A stretch of 64,000 nt of DNA, taken from Takakia lepidozioides (taxonomy: Eukaryota; Plantae; Bryophyta). Within the stretch, counting starts at the first letter, position 1. Each line of letters begins with the position of its first letter. Positions 47,201 to 60,450 of the stretch are shown piece after piece. Position numbers and translations under genes: made by a program. Below the pieces are notes generated by a model. That model was not told the origin of the DNA. It was given only the letters and a program-made list of their open reading frames with translations, and searched no databases. The DNA is taken from NCBI GenBank assembly GCA_030704615.1, contig CM060731.1, positions 94,550,001 through 94,614,000 of the forward strand, read 5' to 3'.

Positions 47201-50200
47201 ACTAGACGCGCTCCAGGGACTGATGAGCGAGACGGGGAGGGTGGCAGGCACGCAGCAGCAGTGTGTCAGCGCGGGATGAGCCGGCGGGCAACGGAAAGGG
47301 AGGGCAGGTGGCCAGTGTTTGACCAGTTGACCAGCGGCGTAGGGTAGGGGTGTGTTGTAACTTGTATGCGTCTGCGTACACTAGATTCCTCGCTCTGGCC
47401 CCGCCAGGCCTTGCCTGCCTACCATCCCACACAATAGATTCCACCTTATATCACTCTACCTACACCATCGCTGTGGTGCCATGCAAACTTGTGGTGCCCT
47501 GAGCCATCCATATTTGGAGACAGTCAAATCTGTGCTGCAGGATGGCCACCATCAATATGACCACCAACGTACATATCCATACATTAGGAAGGAGGATTGT
47601 GATTGACAGTTTGAAATGCAGCGTGACCTTGTTGGCTACAATTTACTGCGGCGAATTTATCCATATTTTCTTTTCTTTCAAAAATATAATAAAATGCCTC
47701 AGGGCGAGGTTACTGTGAAAGAGGTTATTTTCTCCTCTCACTAAGTACAACTAAGGGACCTGATTTGTGAGCGGCCACTCCCGGGAATTTCCCTTTTTTC
47801 CAAAAAATAAAAAGTAAATAAATAAAGCGCCCCTTTCCCTCCCTGGCCCCAAATCTCCCTTTTTTCCTTGCAGATCTCTGCGCATTTGGTCACGAAGCAG
47901 TGGCTTCCTGGGTCCGCCTCTATGGCACCCTCATGAGGTTATTTTTTCCTCTGTGTACCTTGTGGACATTTTGTCCCCACTTATCTATAAAGTTTAAGGG
48001 TGTCGACTCCCTTTAACCAAAAAAAAAGAAAAAAGAAAATAAAAAAAGACTCAACAGGGCTGTGTCCCGGTGGTAAGCCACTCGTGTATTGGCCTGTGGG
48101 TCTGGGCCTCAAACTCCTGTCATCGTCATCTGTCGCTCTGCCTTAGGGCTGGGTCTCTGCCCCTGTAATGCCTCCATGGCTCAGAAAGGAGGATTATTTT
48201 CTCCCGCAAGGGCCAGTTGCTGGGGCTGGTGAACAAAATAATTATAAATAAATAAATGTAAGGGAAGGCCATACCTCTTCTCGCCTAGTAGCTTCTTTTG
48301 GTGATATGGAGAAGTGCTATTATTTCACTATATATATAAGGGAAGGGACAAATGCCTTTTATATTATATTAGAAGGAAAAGACGAAATATGCAGGAGGCC
48401 TGCGGATTGGTTCCAGTATGATGAACACCCATCCACTGGGTATCCTTTTGGAATTTCCTATTAAGTGAGGGGTTATCAAGCAAGGGCACACGTTGGCCTA
48501 GGTACTGGGTTGTGTGTTGTGTCCTTGATAAGGGGCCGCTCTGCTTGCTTGGTAAACCATGTTCTCACGGAGAACTAGCTCTACGACCTTACATGGCATT
48601 CATTGTACCTTTTTTTCCTTCAAAAAATAAATAAATGGGATTGACCGCCCAGAAACTTTATAAATAACAAGGAAAAAACAACCTTGTGAATAAACAGACG
48701 TACAAAGGCGTGCACCGTCCCGTGACCAGAAAGACAGAGAGCCAGGGAAGGCATCCTACCAGCCATTCTTTTAGTGGCGAATAATCGCCAGATTTCGACC
48801 TCAAAAAATAAAATCGAATATTCTGTCGCAAATCCACTGTTTTTTCATGGATGAAATCACCAAATTTCTCCAAATACAAAATAAATTATGGATGAAATCG
48901 CCAAATATGGATGATATAATGGATGATGGCACATAGGTGGATGAATTACAGTGGATGAACAGAATAAATGGCTATTTCCTGCAAAACTCTGTAGCCACTC
49001 GTGCTGTTTTCCAAATTTCTTAAAAAAAACACTGCATCCTACGAGGAGAACGACGAGCAGCAGACATTCAAATAGCTGAGAAGAAAAAAGGAATGAGAAT
49101 AAGAAGGGCCTAACTAAGAAGTGAGAAGTGTGGTCAGAGCAATAAAGCTCAGAAGCTTCCACGAGGGCTCGAAGGTGTGCCTTAGATTTTTCCTTTCTAA
49201 AGCTATGCGTATGCCGCCAATTGACCTGCGGTTCCTCTCCGTGTGGGAAGATCTAGCGCTAAGCAAACTGGCGTTGTGCCAAGCAACTCGATGATTGGTC
49301 GTTCTTGTGCAAGTAAAGTTGTCTTTTCCCCATGTACAGTCAAAGCTAGAGAGAAGCTCCTTCCTTTAGCACATCGAAGAAACCCACCAAGCTTTCTTAG
49401 CCTCAGACATAATGTCTTAGTGAACCCTATGTTCCTTTGTTTTGCATTGTCGCCGTAAAGGAGCGCGATGTCATTTTGGAGTCCAGACATGTGAAAGTAC
49501 AACCCACATTGGTGATGGGGCCTTGTGCCTACACCGGATTTGGTCTTGCTCTCAACCCCTCTTGCTGCAAAACTAAATACTTAGAGGCTTCAAGTGGAAA
49601 AAATACAGTTGCTAATGAAACTTAGTTTCGCAAAGGCCCTTGGTGATTTCGCATCTTTGAACACCTACAAGGTGCTTTTTTTCCTTGTGGCTTCTTCCCC
49701 GTTCTCCCAACTTAAACACGAAAAGCACTCAATAACAATTTATCTTTACAGTAAAATTGCTTAGTGACTGATGGCCCTACTCCTGATTTTTTTGTCAGGC
49801 CATATATGCAGCAGTGTTCATCGACATGCAACTGATTAAAAGTATAACTAGCTCCTGCCGGTGATCATGACCTTAAATTTTTAGCGTGAGTAAATATCAC
49901 TAAAACTGCAACTGGGGTACGAGTGTACCATGGGAGCCGACAATGCGCACACACAGGGGAAAACCCAGGTGAACATGTGGGCCCCAGCACTCGCAACCTA
50001 CAGCAATGATTCATGGCAACCATTAAAAAACAAAAGCAGATCCAGGTACTCACTTGATCCACAACAGAAATGGAGACAAAGGTTACTGAAAAATTAGTTT
50101 GAGAATCTTCTACTGATTCACCTCTCCAATTCCAGTACAATAACAAGCCTATGGCGGCAAAGTATTGCACAAATATCGATGCACTTTGCGCCAGGAACAG

Positions 50201-51639
50201 CAGTACCGATGGCCAGATTTTGTAGCAATTCAAAACCACAATTACATTGGATCCGATACTACCTATGACAAAGGACACGCACAAGCTCAAAAAATTAATG
50301 GGCGCAAGGTCAAGTTGGCACACAAACCGAGGTGGAGGCAGCATTATAAAACTAAGCGAGTGGGCCCACTCGCTCACCAGTACCTGCGGAGTTACTCACT
50401 TGGTAACCATGGGCAGCCCACCGCCAGTAGCCGGTGGCCGGTGGTGGGACCGTTCTGCCGTTAGGACAGACTGATGAGAGGCAGGTAGCTGATCCAGCCC
50501 TGTGTGCGTGTGTGTAGTGTGTACCGCACTGTGGGCCAAGATATTTGACTTGTTTGGTTTCCAGTTGGATTTGAATGTTTTTTTTCCAAACAGTTTTGTG
50601 TCGCGCTTCCTCTCCGCGTGCCATGCACCGTAATCATGCTCTTATTGAGGCGAATTGGCTCTTAGTTACGCCGGTTTAGGCCGGAGTCTTCTCTCTCTCC
50701 CCTCTTATAATGCCGCTTTTGTTGGCCTTTTCCTAACGTTTGATCCTCTTTAGGCCCAACGTTTCTCTTAAGCTATTTACATTGTGGCGCTAGTGGCATT
50801 CATGAGAACCTAAGTGGAGCATGTATGGCAATGGTACAAAGTGCAAGTGCCCATAATATGTGATCCGGACAATCCGTTGTAATTTCCCTCTCTAGGATGG
50901 GACGCGTGTTTACCTCTAGCCAATCCTCTGGCGAACAATGGGCCCACGAGATCAGATTTTGGTGAAATCCATCATTTTTTTAACCTCGTTTGCTTTAACC
51001 CCTGTTTTGGCGCCAAAGCTCTCACCCCCCCTTACCCCACCCCCAAAACACCCACATAATCCACACTCTTATTATTCACTATAAAAAAAAGCCGACTGTG
51101 CTATACACCCAATGCTACTTATAATACCACACCGGAACACGGCCCGCAAAGTCATGCCAGCGAACCCCCCCACCCGTTGCACTCGTTTCCTGAATTCATC
51201 ACCCAAACAAGCTCTTTTCCAAACCCTAAACCACTTTCCCCCATCTTTTTATCACAACCACCACTACCTAAACTTTATGTTTTTAATGAAATATCAAATC
51301 AAGTTCTACCAATTAACCAAAATTCAAAATAATTCCCAAATCACAATCTAACTTAAATTTCCATCCCTATTGATGCTAAATCAAAATCATGGTGGCGCAT
51401 TGCTCGACTACCCCACACACTCATCGTCCACCAGTTCCACTTTCGTCGCCAGTAATTTTCCCAACCACACAGCCCAACCCCATCCCACTCACCCCCACCT
51501 ACCCCAAATACCCTATATGATGAGTATCAACCCCTTTAACGTCACCGATCACCCACATGGACTCCACCATCAATTCCCTCTGAAGTCCAAACATTACTAT
51601 CATCATCCCCCCTCAACTGACGTGCTTTACATAGACATT

Positions 51640-51693
51640 TGTATTTCCCTCATGCTTATCAGATGTGGGGACATCCACCCAAACCCAGGGCCA
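51640..51693 (+). other. 2A-like (StopGo) peptide motif ISLMLIRCGDIHPNPGP in a probable non-LTR retrotransposon 5' relic (~50950-52097)
   Basis: Hydrophobic run followed by GDIHPNPGP; resembles the D(V/I)ExNPGP consensus with E replaced by H. Surrounding DNA is C/A-skewed. Confidence 0.5.
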
Positions 51694-52097
51694 CTTCTAT
51701 CGATGATATCGTCGATTACTTGCAGACCCACAAGATAGATATGCACTCTATTTCCAAGAGAACACCCTCTCCCTCACACATCCCTACCAACACCTATCCG
51801 ACCACTTCACCCCTTTCCTCTCCAAACCTCTACCTACTACCCCTACACACCAGCCGACTGCCACATACCACATTGCAACCTTTGGTCTCCCCAACTATCC
51901 ATACCTAGCACTTACCAAAGCCTCTAAGAAATTCAACACATTCCCTACACAACACCTTCTCTTCTCCCTTATCTTTGTCATTTCCCCACTACTGGATACA
52001 TGTAACGAATATCTCGAATCCTATTCAGACTCTAAAATTCGCTCTCTTTTGCGCAATCTACAAGAACTGCCTCCGCACCCCAATAACTATCTGGCTC

Positions 52098-54814
52098 TGT
52101 AAACAGATGGTTCGAGACTTAAGCGAAATGGGCTTCCAATAGTGCAGCCCATTTCCCAAAGGCAAGTTTGACAGAGGTTGTCCGACGGTATGTCTGCAGG
52201 ACGATTACAAGGTAATCGTTAATGGCCGTGGGAACACTCGTGTTCCGTGAATCAACATCCCCCTGCTACTGTTAAGTCCTTGGACTGCTCATACCCTACA
52301 TCCCACTAATCAATAGTGCTAGGCACTTAAGCGCAGCTATATTGCTATAGTTGTGACTAAGTTCTGTCTAAGCACTCAGCAAGGCAGTACACTATGTGCG
52401 ATTGCAGACAAGATCTATTAAGAGATGATGCACATTCTCACTATCTCACAGTCTCTCTACACATAAGTACTTGGGAAATGTTCATTGTTTTACTTCAGAG
52501 TCATCACATCATAGCACAAGTACACATGTATTGGATCGCTCTGGTCACACCCTGATACCCTGATGCCTTCCTAAGTTGTGTGCAGTCCTTTTATACTATG
52601 CTCGAAAGAGCCGTTTACAGCTTGCGGTCATTAATGACCATTGCCTGACTACCTACGCAACCTAAAAGGTTTGCCAAAAAAGTGGCCCGTGGTAGTGGCT
52701 CGTGGTCATGTGTCATAGTGGCACACGGTTCACGGCCACTCACTACTTACTAGTAAAGCCTAGTTTTCCTGTTAGACCGTGGCCGTGTAATATCGTGGTT
52801 CACGACCCACGGCTGCTACACTATCCACTACTGCCCTACGTGGTAGTGTTGCCCGTCTTCTCCTGCTGCTAAGTGTCGGGCACTTAGTTGTTCCTGCCTC
52901 ATGTCCGGGTAGTGTGAAGTCGATCACTACCCCCCAATGTCCCGTCGTGGCTTAGCTACCCTGCCCTCGTGGCACTGGAACTTAGCTGTTATCATTTATC
53001 CTCCCTCCTCCTTTGAAATTGTGTCCGCACAATTTCATCAGTGCCTGTATTTGTTCTGTCTCTTTGGGGGAATGTAGGGTGGTGGCATACCCGCCTGCTG
53101 AGAAGTGCCTCTCATGTTGGCGATGGCCTTGGTGGCAGCTTCTTGTTCTTGTTATCGTCACTGTCTGGTGCCTCCTTTTGTTCCTATATGGGCCAGCTTT
53201 CGTCATCTGGATATTCTAATTTCCCCTCCTTACATATAGTGTCGATCTTCGTGGACAGGGTCTCGCGGTAAGTGAGCAACTCCTCCTTTGTCCAAGGCAC
53301 AATGTCTCTGGTTACCCTGCTGCCTATTAACCAGTTAACTGCTTGGGTCCCTGTGTCCTTGAAGGGGTGGTCTCTATCCAGTATCAAAGGTGAAAAGTGG
53401 TTCTTCGCCTGGCGCCTGCGTGCTTCAACATACAGTGGTCGGTCTACGTACGCTGAGGTGCCAGAGAGACTCTCTGGTGGCTGGAATTTGGGCAATTCCC
53501 AGTGCGTATCATTCTCAATGCTCTCGTATCGCTTGCCCGCATTGTGGTGAACATCCTATACAAATAGCTGCCAATGTGAAAGCTTGGGCAGCCCATTACC
53601 ACATCAACTGCTGGGGTGGGGTTGATCTTCAACTGCTGGGGTGGGGTTGATCTTCAACTGCCCCACTGCCCACATGTAGGCCACCAACTCCTTGTACTCC
53701 AGGGGAGCTTGGCGCCATAATTTTACTAATTCTGCCCCTGACCATATGTCATCCTTGCCCAGTGGCCGCATTCTGTACCTCAAGGGTATGAGCGTCTGAT
53801 TGAGCATATGCAGCTGGCATGATGACCTCAGGGGGTTAAAGCCTTGAATACCTTTTCCAACATTTCTGGGATCTGTTGGGCCTGAATGCTCATCATTTTT
53901 GAAGTATTCCTCTGAATACTTGAGCTATTCCCCATCCCGTTTGCATGGCATGATTTGAAAATCATCCACTGATACTGAAGTTGATGCCACAAGAATGATT
54001 GGTAATAACACAGTGGTTACCTATTGAGTTTTTTCGTTTTGTGGGGTCTTCCCTCGTCTATCCAAGTACGGGCCAGGGCTGCATTTGCTGCATCTAGCCC
54101 TGCCTGAAGTGCCAGCTTCTCCAGCTGCTGCTTCCATTTCTATTCATTGTTTAGGGCAATCTCCCTCTCTGTATTGGCTATGAATAGCCTACTTTCATAA
54201 TCCTCCCTTTGCTTTAGTAGCATGGTGTTGCTTGAAGCTGCTCTGTGAGTGTCGTTACCTCTGCCTCTGTGGTTCGGGATCGGTCTTTCTGTGCATCAAG
54301 GTTTGCTTGGACATGATGTGTCTCCACTCGCTGCCGTTCCCACTTCTGCTCCCATTTGTCTCGGCGTTCTACCAAGGTATTATACTGGCGGAGCATAGCA
54401 CTCTTTTGATCTTCCAGGGCCGCAATTGTAACCTCATGGTTACATACAGTTCGTGCTGCTGCAAGCTCCTGCTGTTGCTTGTCTTTGAGGTGGTCCAAGA
54501 TCATGTTCAGTTGTTCCGGGGTTATGTAATCTTTGGCCCGGTTCATGTATACCGTTGCCTGATTTAAGGCATGTACTGCCTGGAGAACAGCATTGCCTGG
54601 TGTTTCCTCCAATCTTGTGTCTCATGCTGCTGTGTCTAGGACCTGCTGTGATAGTAATAATTCCAAATTGGAATGGTTCTCTTGTTGGGTGAATTGCTGT
54701 TGGCCCTGTGTCACCTGCACCACTTGCTGCTGCTGTGAGACTATGGCTTCTGCCTCCCTTGCCTGCTGTCCGATGTCTGTAGGTGTTTCCTGCTGAACAT
54801 CCGTGTTAGCAGGT
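52098..54814 (-). mobile_element. Probable degenerate retroelement segment (possible LTR ~52098-52930 plus coiled-coil ORF remnants)
   Basis: Abrupt composition change at TGTAAAC (52098), G-run/PPT-like tract at ~52930, broken minus-strand coiled-coil ORFs (54214-54612). No catalytic motif recognised. Confidence 0.35.
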
Positions 54815-55953
54815 TGTCGCGCACCTCACTTCGGCAAACTCCCCTTCATAGTTACTCGCTTTGATGCACGTGCCTAACTCCCAAACCGGTCGCCGGGCCA
54901 ACTCGGAGCTTCGGCTGCTCACCGGGGCGTAACGGTCCCCTTCAGAATCCCACTCGACCCTCGACCTGTCAGGCTCAGTGGAAATTCTTTTTGGTAGATG
55001 GCAGTCCGGAACAGTTCCCCACACCTTGGTCGCTTTCCGGCTTGCACGCTTACTCACTAGTTTTTGGTCACCAACGGGCTTGCACCGTTCTCGGGGTTTC
55101 TACTCCCTATATATACTTCTGTGACTGTCCGCAGGGGTTTCACAAACTACACCGTCCTTTTATGGCGAACCACCACGAAGACCCTTGATTCTTGGTGATG
55201 AGTCGCGGTGAGTCTTGGCCCACCCACCACGGCCCCAATGGACCGTGATGAGTCCCAAGACTCCCCACGACTCCCACCACAAGGTCTCCGCCCCATGGTG
55301 AGTCCTATGCCACCCCCACTAAGACCCACTAAGCTACCACCACCCCCTCGTGGAACCACCCCCACTGCAACCCGGTGTGCGGGGCTCCACCTAGTGAGTG
55401 CCTCCGCCTCCTTGAGTGTCTTGGGCACTCAAGGGTGCTTCAGCCCCCATACCTATTGTTGCCACTGCCCCCACCACAGGGGCAGCCCCTCTTGTGTCCC
55501 GACCCCCTGCCCTCAAGGCAAAGGGCCGCGACACACACCCCTACCAACAGGGAGTCGATGTCCTCAGTGACTTGTCCGTTTTGTAGAAACTAACATCCAA
55601 GTTGTGGCGTCCCCTATCAAAGAGTTTGTTTCCGTACCATGGCGTCCCATGGCAAAGAACCAAATCCCCACTTGACTCTACTCTCCACTAGCTAGTTCGG
55701 CTGACTTCCTCCAAGTCCCGGCCAACGGTGGAGCCTCTCAAGCTCCACCCAATGCACTCTTCTTGGCCCACTTCAAGGCCAAAGAACGATCGTCCCCAAG
55801 GATCGAATCGCCTTACTGCAACAACATTGCTTGCGACCGCTCATGATGCCGCTTTTTGGCATCATCTTGAGCAAGGGTTCACCTTGAACCCTTTTTTACT
55901 AGCAAGATAACCTTGAACCAACCGTGCGTCCAATCACTACAATTGGGTCCGCC
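54815..55953 (-). mobile_element. Truncated chromovirus copy 2: 3' LTR (54815-55533) plus ~420 bp of 3' internal region
   Basis: Collinear with 638-~1785; breaks off at AATTGGGTCCGCC. Confidence 0.9.
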
Positions 55954-55954
55954 C

Positions 55955-57720
55955 TGATTAACGTTGACATCTAGATACATCAGATAACTTCTAGAAAACC
56001 TCGGATTAGGTGCATGCTAAACTTATTTGGTGGAATCCTCGATTCCTTGATGAATTCAAAAGGTTTTGTCACAGAACGACGCAATTGCAATTGGCCCTGA
56101 ATACTCTTCGTCACAGAAAAACGTGCGCACATGTTCAGGTAGGATGGTAGAGAGAAGCACAACATCGGATGATTTCGCTTTGTATATCGGATGAGATCCC
56201 ATTAACATTTCCACCTCCATGTGATTTACATAGCGTAGAGTCTTGGTGCCAATTTGCATCACTTGCTCCAGTTGCACGTCGTTGCCTTTGTTGGAGTTGT
56301 TTGACATAATCACCTAAGTCGTAGCAGGCATCCACTGTCAGGAGACAACGTTGACATGTAGATACATCAGAGAACTTCTAGAGAACCTCAGACTAGGCGC
56401 ATACTAAACTTCTTTGGTGGCATCCTCGATTCCTTGACGAATTCGAAAGGTGGACAATCTCATCGAAAAAATCCAAGAGCTCGAGAAAGCAGCTCGGAAT
56501 CTAAAAGAGGAGAGAGACAGACAACTGGGTTCTCCCTCCCCTTTAATGCCATCACCAAGAACTCGCGCACATGCTCAGGTATGATGGTAGAGATAAGCAC
56601 AACATCGGATGATTTCGCTTTGTAAAAAGCTTTGGCTTTATTTCAAGATCGTGGTTATTGGTGAGCAAGATCGTTGTCTCCACTGTCCGGAGACAACGTT
56701 CACATCTAGATACATTAGATAACTTCTAGAGAATGTCGGATTAGGCGCATACTAAACTTCATTGGTGACATCCTCGATTCATTGACGAATTCGAATGGTT
56801 TTGTCACAGAACGACGCAATTGCAATCGATGCAATACTCTTCGTCACAAAAAAATGCGCGCACATGCTCAAGTAGGATGGTAGAGAGAAGCACAACATTG
56901 AATGATTTTGCTTTGTATAAAACTTCTAGAGAACCTCGGATTAAGCGCATACTAAACTTCTTTGGAGGCATCCTCGATTCCTTGACGAATTCGAGAGGAC
57001 AACACTATCATCAAAAAAATCCAAGAGCTTGAGAAAGCAGCTCGGAATCTAAAGGAGGAGAGAGACAGACAAGTGGGTTCTCCCTCCCCTCGAACGCCAT
57101 CACCAAAAACTCGCGCAATGCTGAAGTAGGATGGTAGAGATAAGCACAACATTGGATGATTTTGCTTTGTGTAAAGCTTTGGCCTTATTTCAAGATCGTG
57201 GTTATTAGTTTTCAAGATCATTCTCTCCAGTGTCCGGAGACAACGTTGACATCTAGATACATTAAATAACTTATAGAGAGCGTCGGATTAGGCATATACT
57301 AAACTTCTTTGGTGGCATCCTCGATTCCTTGATTCGAATGGTTATGTCACAGAACGACGCAATTGACATCGATGCAATACTCTTCGACACAAAAAAAAAA
57401 AATGCGCACGTACTTAGGTAGGATGGTAGAGAGAAGCACAACATCGAATGATTTTGCTTTGTATAAAGCTTTGGCCTTAATTCAAAATGAACATCAATTT
57501 AAACATCAAATCATGAAATCATCAATCATCTATCATCAAATCATCAAATAAAATAATGAAATGAAGTCAACAAATTGTTTCTGGAGGAACAAGAGATCAT
57601 TGCAAGACCATTGATCAAAGGTGCAATAGTCTTCGTCACAAAAAAACTCAAGCACATGCTCAGGTATGATGGTAGAGTGAAGCACAACATCGGATGATTT
57701 TGCAAACATCAAATATCAAA
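55955..57720. repeat. Modular tandem repeat (unit start CAACGTTGACATCTAGATACAT at ~55960, 56347, 56695, 57240)
   Basis: Recurring blocks aaacttctttggtggcatcctcgattccttgacgaattcgaa and ggatggtagagagaagcacaacatcggatgatttcgctttgt, with alternating internal modules. Confidence 0.8.
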
Positions 57721-57744
57721 TGAATAGATCGTCAATCGAATAAA

Positions 57745-57851
57745 AATTAACGATTAACGATCTGAAGGAATACTTCCATGATTTTGGATTAACGATTAAC
57801 GATGACGATTCATGATTAGTGATTAACGATTAGCCATTAGCCATCAGCCAT
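57745..57851. repeat. Short ATTAACG / TTAGCCA microrepeats
   Basis: attaacgattaacgat...attagccattagccatcagcca. Confidence 0.7.
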
Positions 57852-57857
57852 TGAAAC

Positions 57858-58534
57858 TGTCGCGGCCCTTTGCCTTGAGGGCAAGGGGTCGGGACACAAG
57901 AGGGGCTGCCCCTGTGGTGGGGGCAGTGGCAACAATAGGTATGGGGACTGAAGCAACCTTGAGTGCCCAAAGCACTCAAGGAGGCAGAGGCACTCCCTAG
58001 AGGGAGCCCCGCACACCGGGTTGCAGTGGGGGTGGTTCCACGAGGGGGTGGCATAGGACTCACCATGGGGCGGAGACCTTGTGGTGGTGGGAGTCGTGGG
58101 GAGTCTTGGGGTCACTCATCACGGTCCATTGGGGCCGTGGTGGGTGGGCCAAGACTCACCGCGACTCATCACCGGGAGTCAAGGGTCTTCGTGGTGGTTC
58201 GCCATAAAAGGACGATATTGTTTGTGAAACCCCCGTGGACAGTCACAGAAGTATATATAGGGAGTAATAACCCCGAGAACGGTGCAAGCCCGTTGGTGAC
58301 CAAAAACTAGTGAGTAAGCATGCGAGCCGGAAAGCGACCAAGGTGTGGGGAGTTGTTCCGGACTGCCAACAACCAAAGGGAATTTCCACTAGGCCCAAAG
58401 TGAGCGAGGGTCTTGTGGAGGAGCAAAGGGGGACCGTTATGTCCCGATGAGCAGCCGAAGCTTGGGAGTTGGGCGCGCGCATCAAAGCGAGTAACTATGA
58501 CTTGAAATGGAGCTTACCGAAGTGAGGTGCGCGA
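57858..58534 (+). repeat. 5' LTR of chromovirus copy 3
   Basis: TGTCGCGGCCC start; direct repeat of 63336-64000 with small deletions. Confidence 0.9.
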
Positions 58535-58585
58535 GGTATCAGAGCTTAGAGTTCAGTACGCGATCGTCTTGAGATCGGCCTCATT

Positions 58586-60391
58586 ATGGGGTCGGGCAAG
58601 ACAAAGCGAAAGCTGAACAGCCCGAAAGATGATGATCCTGGTGAGCCGGTGGGGGCGACGTGTCACCGAAGTGCCAAATGGAAGAGACGATTTATGCTTG
58701 TAAAAGCGGGGCCGCTCAAGAACGGGAGGAATTTGGGGAGTCGGAGCCCGAGGACTTCCCAAAGGCTCCGCCAGACCAACAGATGTCTCCCATGCCAGCA
58801 GCCTTTTGGGAAGGGTTGTTGGCGCAGTTTGGCGGGACGTTGAAAGACGTGATGAGGGCGGCTAATGCCACTTCCACTAAGGCAAAGTTTAAGGTGAAGC
58901 CTAAGGAACCCGGCACCTTCGAGGGCGTCCGAAATCGGAAGGCACTCAACACCTGGCTCTTGGAGCTAGAGCAGTACTTCCGAGCGGCCAAGTTGAGTAA
59001 CGAGGATCGGGTGGAAGTGGCTCCCACCCTATTTGAGGGGCTATGCTCAACAATGGTGGCAGAAACGCCTTCATGACCAAGGTCCAAACCCAGAAACCTT
59101 GAGCTCGAGTGGGTTCAAGGAACTTATGAAAATACAGTTTGTGCCCCTTAACGCGTCTTGGCTCGCCCGAGACAAGATGAGGAATTTGAAGCAAACGGAT
59201 GACATTTGGGGATATGTTCAGGCTTTCAATGTATTGTTGCTCGAAGTCGCGGATATGGCGGAACCAGAAATGGTCTTCAACTTTGTGGCGGGACTGGCCT
59301 GTGGGCCAGGCGGAAGTTGGAGGAGAAGCCACCTAAGACTTTGAACGAGGCAATTGAAAGGGCTGAATGTTTCTCGGATGTCCCTAGGGGTGAAAGACAA
59401 GGCCGTACGGAGCTGAACCACAAGAAGGCCCGGCGGGAGGGTGAATCCTTCCGCCTGGAAAAGAAGTGGGATAGGCACGCGGCGACAATGGCACATGGAA
59501 ATCGAAGGGAGGGCCTTCACACGTCAAAGCGGCACTCGGTGCTCCGAAAGGAAAATCAGGTGCGGCGGCTTATGGCGGACAGAAGGCGACCTTTGATGGA
59601 GTGTGCTTTAATTGCGGGGAGCCCGGGCACATGGCCAAGAAGCGCGAAACCCCGACAATTGAACATGACTCAGGCAATCACGGAGCTGTCTGAAGATTCC
59701 ATCAACCGCTTGGTGGAGGTGGTAGTCGCCAAGACTTGCAAGGTAGGCAACTACGCTTGTGAGTTGTATTAGGAGACTGGCCCCTTGCGTAAAAAAGAGT
59801 CAGTTAATGTTCGTGAGTGGGATAATTTCCGGAACTAACGTGTCGTTGTTGGTGGACACATGAGCGTCGCACTCCTTCATGACACCAGCAACGACACGGA
59901 AGCTGGGGCTCCTGACAAGTGATGTGGGGGCCTCTATTGAAGTGCGTTTTGCCAAAGGAGAACCACAACTGGTGACGAGGTTGGCGTTCGATGTTCTTCT
60001 TCAGCTAGGGAGTTGGGAGGGACGTGAGAACTTCACCATTTGCGAGATCGATGGAGTGGATCTCATTTTGGGGATGACCTTTTTGAGCAAATCCGGAGCG
60101 GTCATAGATGGCCGCAAGAGAGTAGTCACGCTACCGTGTGGAAATGGTGGCGAAGTTTTACGGGTGTCGAAAGCACCCAACCGAGTGGGAGGGCGAATAA
60201 ACCTGCTGACAGCAAATGAGTGGGCCGTGGAGGAGCCACACGAACCCCAGTTTTTGCTTTATGTGAGACAAGTGGAAGGAGAAGTCGATAGGGAGCCGAG
60301 CCCAGATTGGATCAAAGGGGATCCTGGAGAAATACCAGGATATGATGCCGGAGGATTTACCAAGCGGCTTGCCACCGCGAAGAGGAGTTGA
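58586..60391 (+). pseudogene. gag: gag-protease of copy 3, frameshifted
   Basis: Collinear with the copy 1 gag (FKVKPKEPGTFEG, YAQQWWQK); protease DTG disrupted by a stop codon. Confidence 0.88.
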
Positions 60392-60450
60392 CCACAAGAT
60401 AGAGGTGATACCGGGATCGGAGCCTATTCGCAGATAAGAAAGATGGGACG

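Noticed and set aside
45750-50900. Scattered short ORFs and possible LINE/MITE/Helitron remnants upstream of the host gene
   Set aside because: No recognisable motifs or paired ends could be established by eye.
53603-53660. 27-bp direct duplication
   Set aside because: Ordinary local slippage in a decayed element.
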